Of a stretch of DNA of 39,449 nucleotides, positions 12,558 to 23,757 are shown piece by piece. Source of the stretch: Fimicolochytrium jonesii (Eukaryota); NCBI RefSeq assembly GCF_025526975.1, contig NW_026515681.1:744001-783449 (forward strand). The letters run 5' to 3'. Below the pieces are notes generated by a model. That model was not told where the DNA came from, ran no database searches, and was given only the letters and a program-made list of their open reading frames with translations. The position numbers and the translations under genes are program-made. The first letter of the stretch is position 1; each line of letters starts with the position of its first letter.

Positions 12558-14883
12558 ATGGGCATCCAACCACACACAATCGCGGCTCCACGCGCCCCAG
12601 CGCCCACCCAACGCTTCATCACCCGTGGCGTCGCCATCATCACCGTCCTCGCACTCGTCACCGCCGTCTGCCTGCGCCAATTCCAAAATTACACCTGCAT
12701 GTCACAGGCCTGCTCCGAGCGCGACGATGACTACGCCTACCAAAATCTCGTCACCGTCTACGCCTTCTATGGCTTCTCCCTTTTCCTCGGGATCGCCGTC
12801 TACGCTGCCCAACACCGCCGCAGCCGACAGTGGGCGGCTGTCACGGCTTTCAAGATTGGGAGGTGTCGAGTCTCCCGGATGAGGATCTTCGTGTGGACGG
12901 CCGTAATCGTGTTCCAGGTCCTGGTGTTTGCTTATTGGTGGGATGCGGCGAATAAGGTTCGCGTCGAGCAGATGAGGGAACGGATGGCGAAGGGTGGTGC
13001 TGCCACCGGTGGACATCGCCGACGCGCCGAGATGGCTCATGATACTGAGATCCATATCCCGTTCACGTTTGACATCTTTTGCTCCAACATGTTCAGGTAA
13101 TGGTCCTAGTCATTCAGGGCACGTAGGATACCGTTGCCTACCTCAGCTAGCTCATCAACTGACACAACATCCCCCCTTCCGTTACTTCCCAGAGCCAGCG
13201 CTCATCCCCTTGCCATCCAACTCGCACTCGCTCTCCTTCCCATCTCTCGCCGAGGCATCCTCTCCTCCCTCCTCAACATCGACTACGATGACTCACTCCA
13301 ATTCCATCGATGGTCCGGCGCGGCCTCCGTCTTGTTTGCCTTCCTCCATGGCGCTGCCCATGAGGCACCTGGGTTCAGGAACAGAGGCTTTGTTGGGCAA
13401 ATGCAGGCGAGGTTCAAGCCTGCTGCGACTTACAGGGTAAGTACTGAGTTAGCCGCTTTTGGGAATGGATCCCAAGTACAATGAAGTATGATCAAGTATG
13501 GATCACACAAGCAATGAGCCTCATTCGCCTTTCCTTTCAACCTCTCGAACAGAATGGAATCTCCCTAATCGGCTTCATCGCCGCCCTCATCTTCCTCTGG
13601 GTCGGCCTCAACGCCATCCCCTACATCCGCCGCAACAACTACACCTGGTTCTACCTCAACCACATGCTCGCCTTCGTCGGCATTGGCCTCGCCTTCCTGC
13701 ACGCCAGCCCAATGTTCTACCTCTCACTCCCCGCCCTCGCCGTCTACGTCTTCGACCTCGCAACGCGGCTGTACAGCAGGCATAGGGATACATGCCACAT
13801 TATCGACGTGCGGAAGGAGGACTGTGGGTACCTGCGAGTCGACATTGCGGGTTGGGAGGGTGTGTATACCCCTGGTCAGTGGGTGTCGGTCAAGATCCCC
13901 GAGCTGTCGCATTTCATGTGGCATCCATTCACGATTGCGTCAGCGCCAGCGCAGAAGAGGATTGGATATGTGGGTCCGGATATCGACGACAACGGCAGGG
14001 ACGCTCCTGTGACGGTGTATCATGACGATGAGGTGCCGCGCGGCGAGGAAAAGAAGGCAAAGTACCGCCGAGGAGAATCGCAGGAGACGGTTTTGCGAAA
14101 TACGTCTGATGCGGTGCCTGTCAGCAACGTGATTACGTTGATTATCAAACCAACAAACAAACAAGGACGGTGGACAAGCTCGTTGATCAAGTTATGGGAG
14201 AAGCGGAAGGGCGAAGAGGGACATAGTCCAATAAAGGTGAGTTGAAAATGATTCGAAGTATGACTTGCACCGTCTGAATATCATCTCACTTCCCGTCCTC
14301 TTTCTATTCCTCGCAGATCCTCGTCGACGGGCCCCACGGCAACCTCCCACTCGGCTTCCTCGAATCGCCTCACATCGTCGCCATCGCCGGCGGCAGCGGT
14401 ATCCCCGGCGCCCTCTCCATCGCCAACCACGTCCTCTCGGCCTCGAACCCCCATCTCGACCAAAGCGTCGATTTCGTCTGGACGGCGCGCGAAGAGTTTG
14501 CAGGCAAACTGTCGGCGTTTGCGGAACTGCAAGAAGCTCACGGCGCCGTGCATCGCGAGAACGTCGAGAGACTGCGTGAGTTGCACGTACGCCAACGACG
14601 AGCATCATCAAGTTCGGATGGACGACAACAACAAGACTACGAATACATCGAGGTCGAACCCGAATCAACACACACCTGTAATTTCAACCTCTCCTCGGCA
14701 ACACGGCTCGACGTCTTCGCCACCGTCGCCGAGATCATGGACCGTCACGCAGAAGCGGACGATGTGTCGATTTACGCGTGTGGGCCGCGGACGTTGTTGG
14801 AGGCCGTGGCGGATGCGGTGGGTGTCGCGAGGAAGCGGAGGACCGGAAGGATGGTGTTGCATTTGGAGGGATATGAGCGGTGA
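12558..14883 (+). CDS. Ferric reductase / NADPH-oxidase-like transmembrane flavocytochrome (FRE family), ~677 aa, 4 exons
   Basis: Exons 12558-13096, 13193-13436, 13553-14236 and 14317-14883 total 2034 nt, in frame. Bis-His heme helices HRWSG..FAFLH and NHMLA..LAFLH, FAD motif WHPFT, then VDGPHG, IAGGSGI, FVWTAR, YACGP and C-terminal HLEGY. Confidence 0.9.
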
Positions 14884-15605
14884 CGGACTTACAAGACTTG
14901 TGCTCGACATCCAAGTTATCGAACATCGACTGGATTAAACGGCTCGGCGCCAGGCTGTCCTGCGGTGTCCAACGTCAACCAGACTCTACGGCGTTATGTA
15001 TTCGGACTTCGGACGTTGGCATTTACGTATAGATGGAACCGTGACTGCAGGACTTTCACCGCACCTTATACACCGCGCCTCCCACAGTCACTGTTTGAGA
15101 AGGAGGGCTTTCAGTCCCAAGTTGTCGGTTAGACGCTCCCCTCTGGACGCCTGGCTCGACTCAAACAGACATTTGTACCATAATATTGTTCTGACATTTC
15201 TGTAAAATTACTTTTTATTATATACGGCCAATCTTTGAATGTGTTTTGGCGACTTTGACTTGGGATCTTGCTTCTACTGCCAAACCGTTCGCTTCGCTCG
15301 TTGGATATACCATTTTCCTTCCTTTGCGGAACGGAACTCGATTACGAAGAAATGACGGATGCGCCTCGGTGCCCTCATCCTTTCCTAACCCGCCTTGGCC
15401 TATTCTCCCACCTTCACGGAACGGAGATCGATATCCAATGAGGACATACTGTCGGGGCTGTTGGGCATGCCGGGGCTATCGTTTGCCGGACTTTTGCTCA
15501 AGGGGGAGACGGGCGGCAGGAAGCGGTTTCTCCATATTGAAGCGGTACCAATGCACAAACCGCGTATGCCATCGACATATTCCAAAAAACATCGGATTTC
15601 AACCA

Positions 15606-15712
15606 GCTTCTGTGGCGCAATTGGTTAGCGCGTTCGACTGTTACACAAGAGTTACACAATGTAACACAAGTTAGCAATCGAGAGGTTGGCAGTTCAAGCC
15701 TGCCCAGGAGCG
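15606..15712 (+). tRNA. tRNA-Asn: tRNA-Asn(GTT) with a 33-nt intron (15644-15676)
   Basis: Acceptor stem GCTTCTG/CAGGAGC, D-arm TGGCGCAATTGGTTAGCGC, anticodon stem TTCGA/TCGAG with GTT at 15640-15642, intron one base after the anticodon, T-loop GTTCAAG. An oligo-T Pol III terminator follows at 15715-15722. Confidence 0.93.
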
Positions 15713-16699
15713 AGTTTTTTTTGATTTCATGAAGAGTTCAACAGTATTTGTTCCTGAGCCGTTCGTCCATTCTTTTATTCGCCTAGCTTGATATGTACGA
15801 ACGTTGCGACCATATATTACTCAGGATCTTTAAATGCCAATATTATACGCAACCTGATCATCGTACTGTACGTTTCACGCTGAAGAAGCGCGACGGGCAC
15901 GATATATTCAGTTAGATCGCAGAAACTCTTAATCATACTCTGACCAAACTATTCTCCGACGTCAGATACAGTGGATGCGACGTTGGAATGTTGAACTTGG
16001 AACCATTTTCTGAAATTCCTATTGATGGTATATCAAGAGTTCCTGCCGCTGGGATCATGCAGCCATATTGCTTTCTCATGGCGCGTCCTGGCGGACTGTG
16101 AAGTTCTGACGTGGCGGCGGATCGGACGGGAGCGAGCTGCTCTTTATGATTGAGCGTTCGAGAATATCTCTCTCCATGTCCGCATTCGCCTGTTGCGTTA
16201 GCGTTCGTGAACATTCATTATTATGTTCTGTATATGTTTTTTGTCGATCTCAACACGTATGAATGCCGAGTCTATGTACCGGTCCTTGGAACGCAGCTCG
16301 TCATGGGAGGATGTCAGATTCCGGATGTGACTTTGCGACGAGGCGTGTTGACTGCATTTACCATCTCCGCCAATCTGGTGGCGGATCTGGTGGTCGAGTT
16401 CGAGGTTGAGGAAGATGGGGCGGCGGGACCATCACCATCCTCATCCTCATCCTCCAACACCCGCTTCCCCTTCCTCTCCGGGGCCTTGTTTGTGAACGCC
16501 CAAACGTCCCTCTTTCCCCTCTTCCCCAAACCCACTTTCGGAATCTTCGCTCCTGTACGCGACATTTTTGCACTATGCGAGGCGAGTAGACACTAATCGC
16601 AGAGCCACAAAGGGGCCGGTGGTTGCAAGCGATTCGAATACATTCATCGAACAGGAGCGCTCGTCGCTGCGGCATTAGGTCAGTACGCAGCTTCGATGA

Positions 16700-17030
16700 A
16701 GGCTACGGTGTTGACCCAGAGGTCCCCCCCGCTGACAACGCCACTCCGGGAATGAACAAGGCCGTCGGGGCACGGTTGGCAGCGATGCAGGAGACGAACT
16801 CTGGAGAGAGCGTCAATGAGTCGCTTCTGAAGTGCTCGCTAGGCGGAGACAAGATCGACTACCGTCCTCTGTTCAAAGAAGCGCGAGAGTTCTATCCTCA
16901 TTTCAAGATGATCTTGTGCACGAACAACCCCTTGACCATCAAAGGGACGGATCACGGAAGCTGGCGAAAGATTCGGATGGTTCCTTTCGAGAGCCGCTTT
17001 GTGGCCAAGACTGACAAGGTGGCCGAGAAG
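16700..17030 (+). pseudogene. Relic of a D5-like superfamily-3 helicase (viral/PLV primase-helicase C-terminal half)
   Basis: GARLAAMQE (Walker B), GGDKIDYRPLF, FKMILCTNN (motif C), DHGSWRKIRMVPFESRFV. No Walker A or primase part upstream. Boundaries approximate. Confidence 0.75.
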
Positions 17031-17473
17031 GAAGGATCCCCGCCCGCCGAACCCATCGAACACTTGGTCCAAGATGCCGAAGGGGACGCCGTGTTTGAGA
17101 CGGATCCCCAGCAAACACGACATCCAAGGTCGTTGTCAGTACATATACAGCGTCCACACCCGCTCTGTTCTCACCATCACTTCCCCCTCTGTCATCGCTA
17201 ACCGCACCATCAGTGCCAACATCACTACCAGCGCCATTTCTCGTACCACCTCCGCGGTCGCCTCCGTAGATCATCGTAGATCCGGAGTTTTCCCGTTTCG
17301 CACATATACTGTATATAGGCAGGACCTATATGTAAAATAAGCCTACAATAGATATTCAGAACCTTCTCGCATTCGTTCCGAGTCTTACTCCCGTGAATGT
17401 CAGAGATCACATTTGCTCTAATATCAGCGAGGTATCACATCGTCTCTTTTCCCCACTGCCTGGATCTTTACGA

Positions 17474-20368
17474 CTACGAGCTCCTCCACCACCGACTATT
17501 CCTCCTTTTCTCCACAACCATCTCAAACTCTCTCACGATCCGCTCACACTCCGCCCTTTCAAACCCACTCTTCCTCCCCGCCTCCTCCCACCACGCCTCT
17601 TCAACAACCCTCGGCTTCCTCCTCTGCCACCACCATTTTTTCGGCGTCCTCGGCGGCACCTGCACGCCCAACTCGCCCTCAAACACCTTCTTCGCGCGCT
17701 TGCGCTTCGCCGCCTGCCTCACCGCGCCTTTCAACCAACACCCAACGCCCGTCAATAACCCGCCGAGAGCTTTTGTGACGTTGAGACACCCGATGAGCAG
17801 GCCGAGGAAGAAGCCGAGGAAGCAACCGTGGGAGCGGCCGTATTGGACGGGGCGGCGGAAGATATCGGCGAACGCTGCCCAGACTCCGACGGCGATTTGG
17901 CGGAAGCCTTCGATGAGACCAACGCCGAAGTTGTTGATGGGGCGGATGGATTGCTCACGCGAGTACCGATCGTAGAGGAGGGGAAAGCGGCGGAAGAAAT
18001 CTCCGACTTCTATTAGCGTGTAGTAGCCCACTGTTCGGGAGGGAAAAAGGGGTGCGTCAGTACATCAAACATCATCAGTATATCCAACCACGATGGCCAA
18101 AAAAAAAACTCACTCTCATAAGGACAGCACGCCAACCAACAAAGCGCCAAAATCGCCGCCCAAACCCCCACCAAACCCCTCGCAAACACCCCACCCCCTT
18201 TCTCTCTCTCTCGCCTCGCCGCGGCCACAGGGGCTCTCACCACATTCGACAGCCTGTCCATCAACACCCTCACCGCGCCGGTGCCGGGTATCCCATCATG
18301 TTCATGCGGGATGAACCACCGCTCGGTTCTCAGAAACTCCAACTCAGTTTCTGCTATGGCGCCCGTGGCTACGAGCACCTGCGCGACCTGCTGGGAGAGC
18401 TGGAGGTTGTGTTTTGGCGCATAGAGGGAGGCGGCGTAGGTGCTGTTGAGTGCGCTGTGGAGGGTTGTGGATAATGGGAGGGAGGCGTGGAGGGATGCGA
18501 CGCCGAGCTTGACGCCATTTTCTTGGGCCATTTGGTTTGCGATGTGTTGAGCGGCGTGAACGGTGGCGGGGGAGAGGGCTGTGGTTATGGCGGCGGCGAG
18601 GCCGGAGGCTGTTAGGTCTTTTGCGGGGACAGGGAGAGGACCGGCTTTCATCTATGAATCGTTGGAGAGGTGAGTGTGTATTGAGAGCATCGCCGAACAA
18701 GCAATAACCTGAAAGTCGCAAACCCACCCGATAAACCATTGCCCCCCAGAAAAACTGATCCCCAAAAAACGGCACCACAACCGTCGGCTTCCCACACCTC
18801 AGTCCCGCACTCAACGTCCCAGCCCCTCCATGATGCACCACCGCCGCCACATGCTGAAACAACCAATCATGCGGACAATCCCCTATGAAGAGGACTTTAT
18901 CTCCCAAATCCGGTATACCGCTTTTGGCCCCGCTTTCCCCGCCGCCCATGTTCATCCACCCTTTGGAGATGATGGCGCGCACGCCGGCTTGTTGCACGGC
19001 TTGGAGGATCGTGGATGTGAATTTGCCAGGATCTTGGCCAGTGATGCTGCCGAAGCCGATGTAGATAGGGGCGGGGGAGAGGTTGAGGAAGGTGGAGAGG
19101 TCCGGTGGTGGGGTGTAGTTGTTGGCTTGATCGAGGAAGTAGAAGCCCGAAATCGCTAGAGGAACGGGGAAAGAAACGAGATTTTAGCAGACATTTCGCA
19201 TAACACCACTGCCAGGGCGGTCAACGCGAAACCCACCAATATTGGGCCCCCAGTCAACCGGCTTAGGAATCAAACTCGGACTCCAACAAAACGTCCAGGG
19301 CACCTCCATATACTCCACCGTCTCGGTCCCCTGCTGCACACCCATCCTCTTCAACCCCAGCACATCCCTCCTAAACTCATTAATCACATCCCCGACCCCC
19401 AACCACGTCAGTGTGTCGACGACGCCGTAGCTCATCTTATTGACGAGCTTGTGGACGGTTTTGCTGTGCTCGATGTTGGTTAGCGGGTGTGGGAAGGAGA
19501 TTGTGCGCACCCACGGCATGGTGAAGGACATGTGGAGCGGGATGCTGAGCTTTTCGGCGCAGTGGATGTGGCCGAAGGAGGGGGGGTTAGCGATTATAAC
19601 TGAGGCGCGGAAGGGTTGGCCTAAAGAAACCAGCGGTTCATCATCAATTCCCCACCCTTTTGCAATGGGTATCATATATTCCCGCCCACATACCAGTCTC
19701 CTCATCAGCCTCAACACAACTCTTCCAACTCCCCCTCAAAATCTCCCTAATCATCTTCCGCTTCGAGCCGATATCCCCCTTTGCGATCGACGCGTAGCTT
19801 GGTATCAGACCTTTGTTTTCCACCATGAAAGCCATCAACACCGCTGGGTCGCCGCCAATGGGGTAGAATTCGACTTCGTTGCGGCGGATCCAGGCGCGGA
19901 AGGTTTCATGTGTTGCTATGCGGACTCTGTGTTTGTTTGGTGATATGAATTTGAGATGTGAACGTCACGGATTGATGCGCCTCACCTATGCCCATAAATC
20001 TGCAACTCCTTTGCCAACGCCAAAAACGGCTGCACATCCCCCCGACTCCCCACAATTTGAATCACAATATTCATAATCGGCACCGACACATCAATCCTCG
20101 TCTCCCCATTCAATTGCGGATGCGCCGGTGGTGGATACGCCGCCTCATGTCCTCCAGGCGACGCAAGCTGCGCCGTACCTAGCGGGATCGGTCGTTGCTG
20201 GAACAGCTCCTCGAAGGAGTCGGACGGTACCACTTCGCTTGTTCCTGCATCGTACGGCGGGGGTGCCTGGGAAGTGTGCGAGAGGCGGGGGATGGAGAGG
20301 AGGCCGTTTTGTTGGAGATCGACTTCGGATGCGAGCTCCACGAAGGAGTTACTTTGGATTGGACGCAT
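17474..20368 (-). CDS. Sterol 3-beta-glucosyltransferase-like (UGT80/ATG26 family, GT1), ~840 aa, 6 exons
   Basis: Exons 20368-19986, 19926-19694, 19620-19237, 19155-18728, 18651-18114 and 18030-17474 total 2523 nt, in frame. Motifs [55 protein letters not shown] and [11 protein letters not shown]. The start codon is inferred (TATAAA ~130 bp upstream). Confidence 0.9.
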
Positions 20369-21061
20369 CCGGCCCAAGGTAAAAAACGCGAGGGTCTAGG
20401 TTATATCGTCCGGGAAAATGATGGATCAGCCCCACGACTACAACAGATCCAGAGGTTGTGTTGTCTGGCGAGGAACGGGACGAAATCTTCAGGGTCTTTA
20501 TAGCTTCATCCGTAGATATATGAAGACATGCAATCCGGCGTCAAAGCGCGCGCATTTGTCGGTTTGAGAGGACATCATTTTAACACTATGCGTATCTTGA
20601 GTAAGAATGGGACGGTGTTTGCAGCAGGATGGACGTCCCCCTGCCAGAGTTCCGGTTCACTTAGATGCAGTTCCGTATCCATGGTTGCCCAGCGCGACGG
20701 AATGAAGGGACTTTCCTATTACTTTGGACGTTTTTGTATCCCGGCAACGATGTTCTTTGGTTTGTGCTTTCCTGGCGTTGCTTTTGTGGCTTTGGCATTG
20801 ACGGGATGTATTTCACATTGCCAATGAAAACTCGACAGCGCGTGTATATATATATATCGGGTTTCAGGACCGCGTCAGGACCGAGGCCCAATTACGGCAG
20901 GACCGGTCACGTGAGGCAGATATCCGCACATATGATGCCAAATATGCGCACATATTTGGCCTATTGACCTGACCTGACAGCGTAAGTTACGCACCGACTC
21001 CGCACCTAGCTGTTTGCTCCCACCTTCTATCACCCACGTTGCAGCAATTCCACTCCACACC

Positions 21062-21830
21062 ATGCACTTAGCTGGAGCAGCACCAGGTGGAGCGATGCCT
21101 TCTCAGCAAGCAGTCACAGATGCCTCCCTCCAGATGGAAATGGAGCTTTCCATCCAACAGAAGCACCAAAGGATGACAGACGTCAGACCAAAGAAGACCA
21201 CTCAGCAGTACGGCCCCAAGCAGCGGGAGTTTAGGAGCTGGTGTGACAGCAAAGGCTTCCCTATGGAGACGAGGTACACTATCACCAGCAACCAGCTACA
21301 CCTATTCCTTGAATCATAAGTAATAGGACGCCAGAGGAAGAGAGGCAAAGCTGGAACTGTTGGGCGGTCCACTGTGACTGGTTACGTTTCAGCATTGGTT
21401 GACCTTTGGCGACATCAAAGCGCTCTCAAAATCAACAGCCATCCCAATCCCAATGACGATGTTGTCAAACAGTTGGTCAGACACACCGCACTAGATACTA
21501 CACGCATCAGCAGGGAGAATTTTAACAACAGGGGAATTGGGACGCTGCTGGATGGATATTCCACTGGAGCCCAACTGGAGGGAATGAGTGCGGCATTCTG
21601 GATGAAAACCAGAGAGGCTGGCGTGCACTTGCGGAACAATGTTGCATTCCTCCTCTCACATTACGCTCTGCTCCGTGGTGAACTGGCAAGGCAGGCTGAG
21701 CTTGCGGATCTTCACTCTGTCACGCTGGAGCATGAAGGTTTTACAGACTGTAAAGCTTTGGTGCTAGTCTTACGGCAAGGGAAAACCAATCCTTTCGGGA
21801 GAATAGAAGTGTCAGCGTGCATTCGAAGCC
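21062..21830 (+). pseudogene. Crypton-type tyrosine recombinase (NDC10_II-like), with a premature stop and 3' truncation
   Basis: ORFs 21014-21319 and 21374-21856 are in the same frame, separated by TAA at 21317-21319. RPKKTTQQYGPKQREFRSWC, LHLFL, YVSALVDLW, RGIGTLLDGY, FLLSHYALLRGE..R..ELADL and GKTNPFGR..SACIR match CryptonF/Ndc10-like recombinases. Homology stops at ~21830, before the catalytic H/Y. Confidence 0.8.
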
Positions 21831-21840
21831 AGACCGCCGT

Positions 21841-21891
21841 GTGGATCAGTGCATAGCATAAACCAATGGTTTATGCTATGCACTGATCCAC
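21841..21891. repeat. Perfect inverted repeat, 25-bp arms with a 1-nt spacer
   Basis: GTGGATCAGTGCATAGCATAAACCA-A-TGGTTTATGCTATGCACTGATCCAC, read directly from the sequence. Confidence 0.97.
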
Positions 21892-21906
21892 TATACTATT
21901 ACACTG

Positions 21907-22071
21907 TGCATTAACCGTACCTGGCTCGACTTTACACTGTGCATTAACCGTAGCGGCTGCTGAAAGTGTTATGCATTAACCGTATTCCTGATGTAGGGTG
22001 TAATGTATTAACCATGTATCCTACACCTTTGGTATTATGCATTAACCGTACCAGCCTATGAGCCATTAACC
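21907..22071 (+). repeat. Regularly spaced TGCATTAACCGTA repeats (5 copies plus a partial, period 32-34 bp)
   Basis: Copies start at 21907, 21940, 21972, 22004 (variant TGTATTAACCATG) and 22038, with a partial CATTAACC at 22064. Confidence 0.9.
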
Positions 22072-22249
22072 AGGAGTCGGGTAAGACCGTGTTCTTCAGT
22101 TCCCACGACGCGCTGTCAAATTCTGTTACTTTCCCTTCACAATCTAAGCCACTGGGACATTCGGATGTCCCCTTGCGCCGCAAGAACCATGCGTTATATG
22201 AGTACGATGTGTACAATGAGTATCAATTTGACACCTCCCATACCCATCC

Positions 22250-22779
22250 TGTTATGAACGACGCGTCCATACCATGCGCTTACCTCATGACAGCATCCCA
22301 ACAGTCAGTCAATGTCAATTCCCTGTCAAAACCTGACATCTGCCAAACCTCGCAGCCGCACGCAGCCGCGCTACCCCACACCTGCCACTGCCTTCATTTC
22401 TCCACGCAGCCGCACGTAGCCACACCTCCCAACACTCGGCGCTTACAAACCCTTCTCCATACTTCCCCACGTACCCGCCCACAGCCTCAGCGTAGCCACC
22501 CCATCCCCAGTCTTCTGTTTCTATGCTTCCCCACCCTTGGCGCTTCTCTTGGCTTCCCTCTCATTCCGTACCCTTCTGCTTCCCCACGCTTCCCCAGCCT
22601 TCCCAGAAAAACATAAATAGCCGCCTCCCCTGAGCTCCCCACTTCCTGATCCCCCAGCAGATCAACACCAGTTCTTCCTAGTCTTGTTCTAGTTCTTGTT
22701 TCGGTCTGAATACCATTACCTGTCAACAACCTGCACCACAAGTCGCCTCTATTTCCATCGGCTCCGCCCGTTCATAACA
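22250..22779 (+). repeat. 5' LTR (530 bp)
   Basis: TGTTATGAACG...CGTTCATAACA 11-bp terminal inverted repeat. By eye it differs from the 3' LTR at only ~3 positions. Confidence 0.96.
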
Positions 22780-22830
22780 GTTTGATCTGCTCAACAACCC
22801 CCAGCCGCTGTACCTCCACGCCAAATCACC

Positions 22831-23757
22831 ATGTCCGACGCCCTTCCCCTCACGGCCGAAGCCTGGCAAGCCATGTGCAATGCGATTGACGAACTTCGAG
22901 CGCAGAATACCACCCTACAAGCCGAACTAGCGCAAACCCAGACCACTGCCCCTGCCACCCACGCCCCCGAACCCAAAATCAGTCTCCCAGACAAATTTGA
23001 TGGCACCCGAAGCAAGTTCCGTGGGTTCCTCAACCAGATCCGGCTCATGTTCGCCCTCCAACCCAGGCGCTACCCCAACGATCAGACCAAGATACGAACT
23101 ATTGGCACCTACCTCACTGGCACCGCCCAGGCCTGGCTGGCGCCCCTTGTCGAACAAGACCATCATTCTCTTATGAACCTGGATGATTTCATCCAGCAAA
23201 TGCAAGCAGTCTTTGGAGACAGCGACAGGTTCCGCACGTCCGAAAACAAGCTCCAGAACCTTCGACAAACCCGTGCAGCAACAGAGTATGTAGCTGAATT
23301 CCGACAGCTGCAATGCGATGTGTCATGGAATGACCAGGCATTGATTGCCACCTTCCGTCGCGGCCTCAAAGAAGACGTCAAGGACTTAATGCTCACGATG
23401 CCCCCTACCGCCTCAATCGACACCGTGATGGAACAGGCCATCCAATGTGACAACCGATTGTTTGAGCGCCGTCTAGAGCGAAGCAGGAACCGACAGCCAT
23501 ATGTGCCAGTTACCACTAGCCCCACCCTCATGAGCCCCGACAACCGCCCAGACGACCCTATGATCATTGACGCTGCTCGTCCGCGAGGACCCCTCACACC
23601 GCTAGAGCGCCAACACCGCATCACAAACAAACTTTGCCTCTACTGTGGTAAACCCGGCCACATAGCCAAACTCTGCCTGAACAAGATACGCACGGCGAAT
23701 GTCGCGGTGAAGGAACCTGCACCTATCCAGGATTTTGCCCAAGTCCAGCTGCAGTAA
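22831..23757 (+). CDS. gag: Gag (Ty3-type capsid plus CCHC zinc knuckle)
   Basis: PEPKISLPDKFDG, LRQTRAATEYVAEF, FRRGLKEDVK and CLYCGKPGHIAKLC. Confidence 0.93.
   Translation: MSDALPLTAEAWQAMCNAIDELRAQNTTLQAELAQTQTTAPATHAPEPKISLPDKFDGTRSKFRGFLNQIRLMFALQPRRYPNDQTKIRTIGTYLTGTAQAWLAPLVEQDHHSLMNLDDFIQQMQAVFGDSDRFRTSENKLQNLRQTRAATEYVAEFRQLQCDVSWNDQALIATFRRGLKEDVKDLMLTMPPTASIDTVMEQAIQCDNRLFERRLERSRNRQPYVPVTTSPTLMSPDNRPDDPMIIDAARPRGPLTPLERQHRITNKLCLYCGKPGHIAKLCLNKIRTANVAVKEPAPIQDFAQVQLQ

Noticed and set aside
16314..16565. 83-aa minus-strand ORF with basic and acidic tracts
   Set aside because: Looks coding-like but is low complexity, with no family assignment or clear upstream exons.
21907..22071. 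CRISPR-like repeat-spacer array
   Set aside because: Repeats are only 13 bp, spacers are ~20 nt and partly related, there are no cas genes, and the context is eukaryotic. Kept as an iteron-like array instead.
22089..22741. ORFs within the LTRs (duplicated at 27128-28089)
   Set aside because: Incidental frames in LTR sequence; the duplication only reflects LTR identity.
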